Below, piece after piece: positions 1 through 11,379 of a DNA stretch of 64,000 nucleotides. The stretch lies in the NCBI GenBank assembly GCA_951406725.2, contig OX597837.1, positions 41,974,001-42,038,000 on the forward strand, in the 5' to 3' direction. This DNA comes from Octopus vulgaris (Eukaryota). The first letter of the stretch is position 1. Each line of letters begins with the position of its first letter. A program made the translations under genes and the position numbers. The notes under the pieces were generated by a model, which ran no database searches, was not told where the DNA came from, and was given only the letters and a program-made list of their open reading frames with translations.

Positions 1-182
1 TAGGGTGTCAGCATCATGATCGTAAGATTGTGGTTTTGATTCCTGGACCGGGCAACACGTTGTGTTCTTGAGCAAAACACTTCATTTCACGTTGCTGCTG
101 TCCACTCAGCTGGCAAAAATGAGTAACGCTGCGATGGACTGGCGTCCCGTCCAGCTGAGGAACACATACGCCATAGAAACCT
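1..182 (+). mobile_element. tRNA-headed SINE (head H) with V-domain-like tail; 5' end cut by window edge
   Basis: B-box-like GGTTTTGATTCC; body GTTCTTGAGCAAAACACTT...CCACTCAGCTGGCAAAAATGAGT shared with 11572-11884; followed by GCGATGGACTGGCGTCCCGTCCAG. Confidence 0.7.
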
Positions 183-261
183 AAGATAAAATATACTATT
201 TCTGAGATATTTCAGTTACACACAAACATTAGTTTTCTTGATTTCATTTCTTTATTTAAAC

Positions 262-405
262 TATATATATATATGTATGTGTGTATGTATATATATATAT
301 GTGTGTGTGTGTGTATATATACATATATGTATATGTGTGTATGTGTATATAGATATAAATATATATGTATATATATGTGTGTTTGTGTGTATACATATAT
401 GTATA

Positions 406-446
<41 letters not shown>
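262..446. repeat. Compound (TA)n/(TG)n microsatellite
   Basis: Directly visible dinucleotide repeats. Confidence 0.95.
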
Positions 447-447
<1 letters not shown>

Positions 448-627
448 GGGAGAATTTACAAAAAAACAAAAGACGAAGACAGGTGGTGTAGACAACGAAC
501 AGATGTATTAGTATAATGCTCGGGAAGTGAAAAAGGCTTCAACGTTTCGAGCCTACACTCTTCCACAGAAAGGAACACAGAAAGAAACAAGGAGAGAAAA
601 TAAAGAATGTATAGTGGCCAGCCCTCT

Positions 628-632
<5 letters not shown>
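447..632 (-). mobile_element. PLE-like terminal fragment (family P1) with degenerate hammerhead at 537-572, inside (TA)n
   Basis: Minus strand CTTT-CTGTGGA-A-GAGT GTAG GCTC-GAAA-CG-TT-GAAG; homologous to 2308-2498 and 7755-8000; (TA)n on both sides. Confidence 0.7.
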
Positions 633-678
<46 letters not shown>

Positions 679-788
679 TCTTATTGTCCAAGATGTTGTG
701 CCACATGACTTACTTGAAACTTTGCAGTTGCAAACTTCTTAATCACAAAGTGATAAAACACACACACACAAACGCTCACACAAATATA

Positions 789-1116
789 AGGGATGTGCTT
801 GAATGGCAAGTGTTATGATCCGAGATCATCTGTTGGAACTAAAACGACTGCAATGTGAAAGACACGAGTTAAGCCATTCAGAAACACACAAAGACGGTTA
901 ACTTCACTTTAACATTTATTGTATGTAAAACGCTGTCAAAATTTTCCGTGCTTGAAACCGCGACCTGGTCACTGACAAATTGTGCCGCAGTTTTGTGCAG
1001 TGACCAGGTTGCAGCTTCAAGCAATGCAAATTTTGACAGCAGATTACAAACAATAAACGCTTAAGTGAAGCAAATTGTCTTCGGGGTGTTTCTGAATGGC
1101 TAACTTGTGTCTTTCA
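789..1116. mobile_element. Foldback element FB copy 1 (palindrome 856-1116) with outward-facing hammerhead-like motifs
   Basis: TGAAAGACAC...GTGTCTTTCA inverted arms; homologous to 20444-20779 and 34216-34480. Confidence 0.8.
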
Positions 1117-1126
1117 TGTTCCAATC

Positions 1127-1235
1127 ATATATATGTGTGTGTGTGTGTGTGTGTATGTGTGTGTATATGTGTGTGTATATATGTGTGCGTGTGTGTATAT
1201 ATATATACATATATACATATATATGTATATATATA

Positions 1236-1267
<32 letters not shown>

Positions 1268-1401
1268 CGCACATATATATGTGTGTGTGTGTGTGTGTGT
1301 GTAAATTTATATCTTATCAATAGATATATACCTATTTATATGTATAGATCTACTTATGTATATATCTATGTATATCCATCTATATATATATATATGCATC
1401 T

Positions 1402-1435
<34 letters not shown>

Positions 1436-1470
1436 CTGTACAAATATATATTTGTGAGTGTGTGCATGCA

Positions 1471-1516
<46 letters not shown>
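1127..1516. repeat. Compound TG/TA/CA microsatellite
   Basis: Directly visible. Confidence 0.9.
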
Positions 1517-1520
<4 letters not shown>

Positions 1521-2164
1521 TATAATTGCTATTCTTTTGTATACAAGATGAAAGTAATTGCTATTCACTTTTAGCAGGAGGGTGTATGGTCACGTGTGTG
1601 TGGTGTGCACAACAGTGTGTGTGTGTCTGTGTGTGTCTGTCTGTACGTGTATGTTTGTGCTAGTATACTAGGTTTACAATACTACAATACATACTTAAAG
1701 AATCTCTCTCTAACCAACTCCAAAATTAAGACAAATAGACTCTTCAATGCTAAGTGAGATTTAACTGTTAATTGGCACACAATTGTTCAGTATCTTCTCT
1801 GGAGACACAATAGATATCTTTCACAAAAGGAAGGTGACAATATATGAATTGTTCACCTGTTGACTCATAGGTAGGTATCTATTATGAACCTAACCAAGTG
1901 TACAGCTGGCTAGAGTTAAGGTTAAGATATTTAAATTATCTTTCAGCAGCTCCTTATTAGCTTTATGAAGTGTGGAAATAATACAGATTTGCTATAGAAG
2001 TGTCTGAGGTAGCAATGATAACAGATCATTAGCGAGTGTTGATGTAACTAATACATATACATATACACACTGATAAAGAGAGAGAGAGAGAGAGAGATGA
2101 GACTACTGCATATGTATTTAGTACATAGAAGAGCCACCTGAGGTACTATTATTGCCAAGAATAT

Positions 2165-2195
<31 letters not shown>

Positions 2196-2236
2196 CATAG
2201 ACTGGAAAAACTGGGATGTATCTCATACCCACCCAC

Positions 2237-2307
<71 letters not shown>

Positions 2308-2309
<2 letters not shown>

Positions 2310-2498
2310 GTATGTGACCTCCTCTGTATCACTATCGATTTTTTTCCTCTGTCTTCCCTTCTCCTATGTTTCCGACGAAGAGCTCCGCTCGAAACGTCAA
2401 ACCCTCCTTCTTCCCTTCTTTCCTGAGTGTCCAATAATACTTTATTTGTTCCACGTCCTTGCGTTGTTGTCTTTTTGTTTTCTTGTTTGGATTAACTT
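2308..2498 (+). mobile_element. PLE-like terminal fragment (family P1) inside (TA)n
   Basis: Flanked by (TA)n; shares hammerhead and downstream TTCCTGAG...TAATAC...GCGTTGTTGT...GGATTAACT with 7755-8000. Confidence 0.75.
2368..2402 (+). ncRNA. Minimal type I hammerhead ribozyme motif (U4C variant)
   Basis: Stem I GTTT/AAAC; core CCGACGA; stem II GAGC-TCC-GCTC; GAAA; palindromic stem III ACGT; GUC cleavage triplet. Confidence 0.7.
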
Positions 2499-2629
2499 TA
2501 TATATATATATATATGTCTGTATTTATATCTAATTGTCTGATATGATAAAGCTAATATCAAGGGAAAAATTTTTGTACCAAGATTCAACACTAAATTAGG
2601 AGTTTGACTTGTATACAAATAAATATAAA

Positions 2630-2835
2630 CGTGTGTGCATGTGTGTGTGTGTGCGTGTATGTGCGTGTGTGTGTGTATGTATGTATGTATGTGTGTATGT
2701 ATGTATGTATGTATGCAGGTGTGTGTGTATGTATGTGTGTATGTATGTATGTGTATGTATGTATGTATGTATGTGTGTATGTATGTGTGTATGTATGTAT
2801 GTATGTGTGTATGTATGTGTGTATGTATGTATGTA

Positions 2836-2866
<31 letters not shown>

Positions 2867-2966
2867 ATGCATGCATGTATGCATGCCTGCTTGTATGTAT
2901 GCATGTATGTATGTATGTATGTAGGTATGTATGTATGTGTGTGTATGTATGTATATATGTATGTAT
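2630..2966. repeat. (TATG)n/(TG)n microsatellite
   Basis: Directly visible. Confidence 0.95.
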
Positions 2967-2968
2967 GA

Positions 2969-3130
2969 GATGCAGGCCTGGCTATGTGGTTGAGAAGTTT
3001 GTTTCCCAACAACATGTTTTTGGGATCAATTCTGCTATGTGGCATCCCCAACAAGTGCCTTCTACTATAGCCCCAGGCCAACCAAAATTTAGAAAATATG
3101 TTTGGTAAACAGAAACTAAAAGAGTCCACT
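2969..3130 (+). mobile_element. SINE-A 5' half (diverged)
   Basis: GGCTATGTGG head; CAAGTGCCTTCTACTATAGCC body matching 27744-28147. Confidence 0.75.
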
Positions 3131-3759
3131 CCTGTGTGTGAGCGTGTGTGTGTTTGTATGTATGTATGTGTACGTATGTATGTATGTATGTATGTATGTG
3201 TACGTATGTATGTATCTATGAGCTCTTTTTGCCCTTATGGAATAAAATTAATTACACTACTCTAGTTCGTTACTTTTATTCCTGAAATAGTTCCATTGAT
3301 ACAAATCTTAGCTCCTGATTACACTGAACCGAATATATATAAAGTAGCACACAATGTGTGCCCTGTCCGTTGGATGAGGGAGAAGACGCACAGTTTCCAA
3401 GTTCAAATCTTGCCAAAGATTTATCCTTTTACATGGTTGACAAAATATACTCCAATAATGTATTTCTCTATTTAAACCCATGCTGCTCCTCTAAAGGGAA
3501 ACCTTACCTGTCATCGTGGTTTTGTGTCACGGAGCAAAGCAGACCCTGCCGACCCCTCGAGAAAACACATAGTAAATGATCCGCAAGAACTCCAGCAAAC
3601 TGAGCCCTCAGTTTATTCCATTTGCCAAAAGGTTTGTAGGGAACCAGCAAGGCTTCAAGAGACACATTCGTGTCCATAGAACATGATAAACACTTTATTT
3701 TACTGAACCCTCATTTGTCGTTCATGACAAAGAGAATCCATCATATATACATACACACG

Positions 3760-3932
3760 TGAAATGGACTTCTTTCAGTTTCTATTTACCAAATCCTTTC
3801 ACAAAATTTTAGTTGGATTTTTGGGTTGGGGCTATAGCAGAAGACAGTTACCCAAAGTGTCACACAGTGGGACTGAACCTGAAACCTTGTGGTTGTGAAA
3901 CAAACTTCTTATCACAAAGCCACACCTGTACC
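3760..3932 (-). mobile_element. SINE-A 5' half (diverged)
   Basis: CTTCTTTCAGTTTC...GTGGGACTGAACC, reverse match to SINE-A. Confidence 0.75.
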
Positions 3933-4049
3933 CAATCAGCCTATACCTAACCACACACCTGTACCTGTGACACTCAGATGAGTGAAGGTGAATGAACTGC
4001 AGTAGCTGTAAGGGAAGTTCATAATTTTTGAATCTTGGCTACTGGCTGC

Positions 4050-4323
4050 TTATTCTATTGATTTCTTTTGCTGATCTGCTAAGTTACAGGGATGTAAACA
4101 CACCAACACCAGTTGTCAAGCAGTGGTGGAGGACACAGACACACACTCACACAAATATAAGATGGACCTCTTTCAGTTTCCAACTACCAAATACACTCAC
4201 AAGGCTCTGGTCGGTGCAAGGCTATAGTAGAAGACACTTATCCAAGATGCCACACAGTGGGACTGAACCCAGAACCTTGTAGTGGGGAAGTAAGCATCTT
4301 ACCACACAGCCATGTCTGCACCT
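4050..4323 (-). mobile_element. SINE-A
   Basis: CTAAGTTACAGGG...ACTCACAAGGC...GTGGGACTGAACCC...TTACCACACAGCC. Confidence 0.85.
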
Positions 4324-5199
4324 AGACTATATTTTTTAAAACTTTTCTTCGTTGGTGTTATGCAGTGCTTAAGATGGTAGTGGAGACGATGAGAATGATG
4401 ATCACGATGATGATGATGAGGATCATCATCATAATGATGACAACGATGATGATGGTAGTGACAGCGATGATGACGACGACGATGATGATGATGATGACAA
4501 AGATAATTATGGTGGGGAGAAGAGGAGAATGCTGAAGACAGCAATGAAATACACAACTGACAAGATAGATCTCCGCTGATACCATCGACTACTCTACCTT
4601 CACATTCCTACTTTATTTTATTTTATTTTATTTCTTCAGCCATTCTTTTTGTTTTTTTTCAATTGCCAAACTGATGCATCACCCAGACTTAATCTCTGTG
4701 TGTGTCTGAGAGAGAGAGAGCAGGAGAGAGGGAGAGAAGGAGAGAGAGATGCAATTAAGCGATTGTCAGGAAGCAGATTATAGAAATTGGTATTGCTGCT
4801 CGGAGGCAAAAGAGGAAACAAGAGAGGCCAAGCTAAAGGTAATCAGTGGATCAACAATGGTGCTTATTTTGGTTCACTTGAACAAATACGGCCACAATGG
4901 CATCGGAACGGAAAACAACAACAACAAACAAATCCGACCAGTCGGTTCGCTCTCGACTAAATACCCCGTTCTTGACTCTACAAATATATATTACACAAGT
5001 TCCAATATTATTATTGTTCCAATAAGTCACCAAACTGCAGTTGCCTCCTGCTTCAAAAGGAACTCAGAGGCAATAAAAATCAATGCAGTTAAAACAATAA
5101 ATGAAGGCCGGTTCGTAATAGAGAAAAGCAGTGGAGTCAAACACCTATTAATGTTTATTAATAGAAAACCATTGACCTCTGCTATTTGTTATCGTGCAG

Positions 5200-5200
5200 A

Positions 5201-5268
<68 letters not shown>

Positions 5269-5561
5269 TATTATTATTATTATTAATATTATTATTATTG
5301 TTGTTGTTGTTGTTGTTGTTATTATTATTATTATTATCATTATTATTATTATTATTATTGTTGTTATCATCATCATCATCATCATTATTATTATCATTAT
5401 TATTATTATTATTATTGTTATTATTATCATCATCATCATCATTATTATTATCATTATTATTATTATTATTATTGTTATTATTATCATCATCATCATCATC
5501 ATTATTATCATTATTATTATTATTATTGTTGTTATCATCATCATCATCATCATTATTATTA

Positions 5562-5599
<38 letters not shown>

Positions 5600-5732
5600 G
5601 TTGTTATCATCATCATCATCATTATTATCATTATTATTATTATTATTATTGTTATTATTATCATCATCATCATCATCATTATTATCATTATTATTATTAT
5701 TATTATTGTTATCGTCATCATCATCATCATCA

Positions 5733-5770
<38 letters not shown>

Positions 5771-5951
5771 GTTATCATCATCATCATCATCATTATTATT
5801 ATTATTACTATTGTTATTATTATTATTATTGTTATCATCATCATCATCATCATCATTATTATTATCATTATTATTATCATTATTATTATTATTATTATTA
5901 TTGTTGTTATCATCATCATCATCATCATTATTATTATTATCATTATTATTA

Positions 5952-6011
<60 letters not shown>

Positions 6012-6205
6012 TCATTATTATTATTATCATTATTATCATTATTATTATTATTATTATTATTATTGTTGTTATCATCATCATCATCATCATTATTATTATT
6101 ATTATTACTATTATTATCATTATTATTATTATCATTATTATTATTATTGTTGTTGTTATTATTATTATTATTATTACTATCATCATCATCATCATCATCA
6201 TCATT
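5200..6205. repeat. About 1 kb compound (ATT)/(GTT)/(ATC) trinucleotide array with higher-order period
   Basis: 13 (ATC)n runs, nearly all preceded by GTT, separated by (ATT)n; explains the poly-L/S, poly-I and poly-M ORFs. Confidence 0.95.
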
Positions 6206-7093
6206 GATAAATGGTCGTATTGAGTTTTGTGGCCCAGCCGTTGCAATACAGAACTCTTACATCTTCATTAAAAATGTCCAATATGAATAGAGCTAAGCTA
6301 AATGTGGATATTGGATTTATGATGGCTGCTGCTGCTGCTGCTACTGCTACTACTACTGCTGCTACTGCTGCTGTTGGTGGTTATGTTGACAAAGAAGAAA
6401 ACAAAAATACTAATGACTAGCTTTAAACTGATTAGAAATAGCAGAGTGAATGGTAAATATTCCATAGATTTCAGGAATCATTCGTTATTATTATTATTAT
6501 TGTTGTTGTTGTTGTTGTTGTTGTTTGTATTGACGAGAAAGAGAAAAATAATGTCTCTGAGAGGGACAGAGAGAGAGACATAATATGTACATGTGAGAGA
6601 GAGAGAGAGAGATAGGTAGAGAGAAAGAGATAGGTAGAGAGAGAGAGAGATAGGTAGAGAGAGAGAGAGAGAGGTAGAGAGACAGTGAGTCTGTACGAGG
6701 AAGAGGGAAGGACGGGGTTTGCATGAAAGAAACAAGCATGTTTGCCAGGCGAGAGAAAGAGAGAGAGAGACTGAGGTAACGAGAGATGCGGTACAGGTGT
6801 ACAGGTGAAACGTGATGGAGAAGCAGACTGGAAAGCGGTGCGTCTGTACGAGAGAGAAAGATTAAAGAGAGAAAATACAGTCGAGAAGATTTATGTATTC
6901 TATGTAAATATATAAAAGGATCCTCATCTATAGTAATAGTAACTGAATGTATATGTGGGTGTATATGGGTGGGTGGGTGTGGGGGAGGTTTTATACAACT
7001 GGTCAATCGGTAAAAACAAGCAAACTTTTGGACGGCATTCAAAGCAAATAGAAAAACAAAGATGTAAAGTTTTTGATGGCAGGTATGGCTTTA

Positions 7094-7245
7094 GGTGCAA
7101 GCGTGGCTTGGCGGTTGAGAAGTTTGCGTTTGCAATCACATAGGTTCTGGTTTCAGTCCCAGTGTGCGGTACCTTGGTATTAAGTGTCTTCTATTGCCCC
7201 GGGCAAACCAATGGCTTGAGAGTGAATTTGGTAGATGGAAATTGT
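7094..7245 (+). mobile_element. SINE-A 5' half (diverged)
   Basis: GGTTTCAGTCCCA...AAGTGTCTTCTATTG...GAGTGAATTTGGTAGATGGAAA. Confidence 0.75.
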
Positions 7246-7261
7246 GTGATAGTTGTGTGTG

Positions 7262-7292
<31 letters not shown>

Positions 7293-7299
7293 GATCAAA

Positions 7300-7510
7300 A
7301 TAAGCAACAAGGATATCCAAGTTAGTGTAGTACAATTGTTTCATGCTACATCATTTTATTGAACACTGTAAGTATTACATCAGTTTTAAAATGTCGAGCA
7401 ATCTTCAGCCACTCGACATTTTAAAACTGATGTAATACTTACAGTGTTTAATAAAATGAAGTGGCATGAAACGATTGTACTACACTACCTTGGATATCTT
7501 TGTTGCTTAT
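7300..7510. mobile_element. Head-to-head foldback of PLE-like end (family P2), 99-bp arms, 13-nt loop
   Basis: Arms 7300-7398 and 7412-7510 are near-perfect reverse complements; a single copy of the arm occurs at 38524-38645. Confidence 0.85.
7327..7412 (-). ncRNA. Type I hammerhead motif with long stem II
   Basis: Minus strand GTGG-CTGAAGA-TTGC...GCAT-GAAA-CAATTG-TA-CTAC: canonical core, perfect palindromic stem III ACAATTGT, GUA triplet. Confidence 0.65.
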
Positions 7511-7618
7511 TAAGATTATAATCACCCCATTTGATTTATATGGATAATACCATACAAAATTCTGGTGCCTTTAACTTAAGTACCATATTCATCTGAATCT
7601 AAATTTTGCTGAACTTGT

Positions 7619-7660
7619 AGGGAATGGGTGAAGAAAAAATTCTTTCTGTGTGTGTGTCTG

Positions 7661-7702
<42 letters not shown>

Positions 7703-7778
7703 TGTGTGTGCATATATATATATATATATGCACACACAGACACACACACAGAAAGAATTTTTTCTTCACCCATTCCCT
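7619..7778. repeat. Inverted duplication centred on (TA)n
   Basis: AGGGAATGGGTGAAGAAAAAATTCTTTCTGTG...CACAGAAAGAATTTTTTCTTCACCCATTCCCT. Confidence 0.9.
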
Positions 7779-8000
7779 TCCGGTCATTTCAAAATGTAAC
7801 CACATGTGACTCGTTGGCGATTTTCCTTCTCCATCTTCCTTTCTACTGGACTTTCCTCTGTTTCTGAAGAAGAGCCTTGCTCAAAATATTAAACCATCTT
7901 TTTTTCCTTCCCTGAGCGTCTGCTAATACTTTACATGTACCACATCCTCGCGGTGTTGTGTTTTTTTGTGCTTGTTGTTGTTCTTTTTTGGGATTTACTA
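7755..8000 (+). mobile_element. PLE-like terminal fragment (family P1) with decayed hammerhead at 7860-7894
   Basis: GTTT-CTGAAGA-A-GAGC CTT GCTC-AAAA-TA-TT-AAAC; ends in (TA)n. Confidence 0.7.
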
Positions 8001-8037
8001 TATACATATATATATATATATATATTTATATCATCAT

Positions 8038-8312
8038 GGCATTCCATTGGTTATGACTACAAGGGTTCCAGTTGATCCAATCAACGGAACAGCCTGCTCA
8101 TGAAATTAACATGGAAGTAGCTGAGCACTCCACAGACATGTGTACCCTTAACGTAATTCTTGGGGATATTCAGCGTGACACTGAGTGCGACAAGGCTGGC
8201 CTTTTGAAATACAGGTACAACAGAAACAGGAAGAAAGTGTGAGAGAAAGTTGTGGTGAAAGAATACAGCAGAGTTCACCCCACCGCCAGAGCCTTGCGGA
8301 GCTTTATGTTTC
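8038..8312 (-). mobile_element. SINE-B with tail X, 5' truncated
   Basis: Reverse match to the body and tail of 46407-46791. Confidence 0.85.
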
Positions 8313-8978
8313 ATGCTTTTATGATACTTTAAATAGGCAGATTTATAAAACCCACCAAGTCATTAGCATGGGAAATCACTAATGACTCATAAGACCAGGG
8401 ATTAACCTGGTTTCCTTTCTGTATAAGTGACATCCCCTCCCCCTCCCCCAACCACCACTACCACCGAACAGGACATTGGTCCATTGCAAGGTTAACTTTC
8501 CAGCTATTTGTGGAACTCATTTACAGCTGAAGGAATTGGAGCAACATTGAAATGAAGGGGTTTTTTTTCTTTGTCAAAAACAGAATGCGTCACCTGAACC
8601 AGAAACCGAAATCACGATCATAACAGTGCAAGACTTTAACCACTGAGTCATCTGCCTTAACAAAAGAAGTCTGCTTTTGAAATAAACCAACATTACACTC
8701 CATACATTTATCTCTTTCTTGCTACTGTCACTGGCTGTAGGACAGAAAAACAAAATGTCACAATCTTCCCTCACCATAACCTATTCCTTATAAAATATGC
8801 TGCATTGTGTTTAGGTAATGAAATGGAAATATTCAAGTTGCTGGAATGTCAAGTCAAATGTTTTATATTGTTATCTGACCAAATTCTGTTGCATTGTGGT
8901 TTGTTGTGTAAGATCAGATCCTACCAGAATTTAATTGAATTTTTTTTTTTATCATATCATAATTTTAAACTAAACATA

Positions 8979-9356
8979 GGTGTCGGCATGGCTGTGTGGT
9001 AAGAAGTTTATTTTCCAACCACTTAGTTCCAGGTCCAATCCTATGGCATAGTAACTTGGGCAAGTGTTTTTTCTATAACAGCCTCAGGCTAACCAAAGCC
9101 TTGTGAGTGGATTTTGTAGATGGAAACTGAGAGAAGTCAATCACATGTGTGTGTGTGTGTGTGTGCATCCTTACTACCACTTAATTATTGGTGTTGGTGT
9201 GTCAATGTTCCTGTAACTTAGCAGCTCAGCAATTGAAACTGATAGAATAAGTACCAAGCTTTAAGTCCTGGGGTTGATTCATTTGACTAAAATTGCTCAA
9301 GGTGGTGCCCCAGCATGGCACAAGTCTAATGACTGAAACAAGTAAAGCATAAAGGA
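8979..9356 (+). mobile_element. SINE-A, full length
   Basis: GGCTGTGTGGTAAG head, central (TG)n, CCAGCATGGC...GACTGAAACAAGTAAA tail. Confidence 0.9.
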
Positions 9357-9531
9357 TATAAAACAGTAATGCACTCAAAAGCAGATTTAGACATTATCGT
9401 TCCTATTATGTTAAACTGTCACAGGTCCAAATTTGGCCAAATGAGTTTATTTTGATACATTAATTCCTCGTCTATCGCAGGTGTTATGTTCCAAAACATC
9501 CCACAACAGGTGAAAATCTGCAAAGCAGAAA

Positions 9532-9881
9532 CATGCTGGAGTACCACCTTTAGTCAAGCAAATCAGGACTTATTCTTTGTAAGCCTAGTACTTATTCTAC
9601 CAGTCTCTTTTGCTGAACCGCTAAGTTATGAGGAGATAAGCACACCAGCATTGGGTGTCAAGCGATGTTGGGGGACGAACATAGACACACAAACATATAC
9701 ACACACATACATATATACAACGGGCTTCTTTCAGTTTCCATCTACCAGATCCACTCACAAGGCTTTTGCTGGCCCGAGGCTATAGTAGAAGACACTTGCC
9801 CAAGGTGCCACGCAGTGGGACTGAACCTGGAACCATACAGTTTGTAAGCAAGCTACTTACCACACAGCCACTCCTACGCCT
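9532..9881 (-). mobile_element. SINE-A, near full length
   Basis: Reverse match to 27744-28147. Confidence 0.9.
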
Positions 9882-11379
9882 ATTACTTATATTTCCTTGT
9901 ACTATTATTGCCATATTGCAGTTCACCAATTACAGTTTATTATTTAAGCTTATGTTGATTCCTCCATGGTATTGTTTTGCATTTATAATAAAATAAATAT
10001 GTACAAATTATAAAAATGATAAAAGAAAATATACAATACACAGGAGTAGTGGAAAACTGACTCAGCAATGGTTGATGAGAATGCAAAATGCATTTCTACC
10101 TTGTTGGGTGTTGTCAGTAGCATGCACTCACAGCTAACAATATGCTAAGATAAAATCTACCTTCACTGATATACAGAAAAACAGTGAGTAAACAATCACT
10201 GATACTGTGAATAAAAATGCCTTATATGCAACAGAAGAAGTATTAGGTAAAAAAAAAAAAGAAGCTACCTATGTATCATACTTAATGCAAACACATTGGA
10301 AAAAAGCAAATTTACTGTGGTTTAGATTTTGCTACACAAAATGTTTGACTTGAAACCAGCAGTAACTATCCATGGTGTTTCATGATGGAAAGCTTCCTGT
10401 TTCCCTGTCCTCACATTTCGATTAAATCTTCCATCATACTTATTATACAAATACCAGCTAAATAGTGAAGAAGTTAAGTAATTTAGTTTAATCTCTCCAA
10501 ATGTTTCATTATTTCCGAAATCACCAAAACACAGATTCAGTGTATAATTTCATTAGAGACACGATTGTCATGATAGAGTTAAAGTTCTTTGGTCGGATAA
10601 TTTTAATGTAAAGGTCAAAACAGAATAAGGAAGGAGGAGGCGGAGGTTGGGGGTTGGGGGAGAAAAACCCAAACAAACCATAAGTAAAGATTAAGTTAAT
10701 AGGCTTCTTGGTTTGGGACATAATTAGGAATATTTTGATAAAACATCAGATTTTTAGATAACATCTCAATTTTATAGTGAAACGTACTGAAGTAGTTTAT
10801 AAAGATCATAGAATTTACATTTATATTGAGAGGATTAAGGTATCAATTTAAGTCTATGACAAAACAAAACAAACAAAAAAAGTAGATAAACAAAAATATT
10901 TTCTGGTCTTGAATAAGCGGAGATTAGGGAAAGGAGAAATTACTTTAATTGAGTGGAGCCAGTAAACCAGATTCTGTGACTCCAGCAGAAACTACTATAA
11001 TTAAGATAACATGAGACAAACAATGATTGACCCCGTGTGTTCTTCCACCATATTCCTAGATTGGCTGACAGAGAAGTAAGTATTATTCTTTTATGCTGGT
11101 TTCAGTCAACAGATTATGGCCATGCTGGAGCACTGCTTTTAAAGGATTTTAGTCTGTTTCATTGATGACATGTTTTGATTGTAGGTTTGGTTAATCAGGA
11201 GTGACTTGGAATTGAAATAAATGAAAAAAAAACTCCAAAACAAAACAAATAATGTGATTCACTTACACACAACAAAAGCATCAGTTCAGATATACACAAA
11301 CCAAACCCAGTTAATCGCTATGTACAATATATAATAAATGACATCCAACAATTTACAAAGGACGTTTTATAAAAAAAAT

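Noticed and set aside
4749-6290. 513-aa ORF and overlapping 345-354 aa ORFs
   Set aside because: Length comes from the ATT/ATC/GTT array (poly-L/S/I/M); the unique N-terminal part has no recognisable domain.
9486-9996. Recurrent peptides GYSRRHLPKVPRSGTEPGT and SVSVYQIHSQGFG in many ORFs
   Set aside because: Antisense translations of SINE-A, not a gene family.
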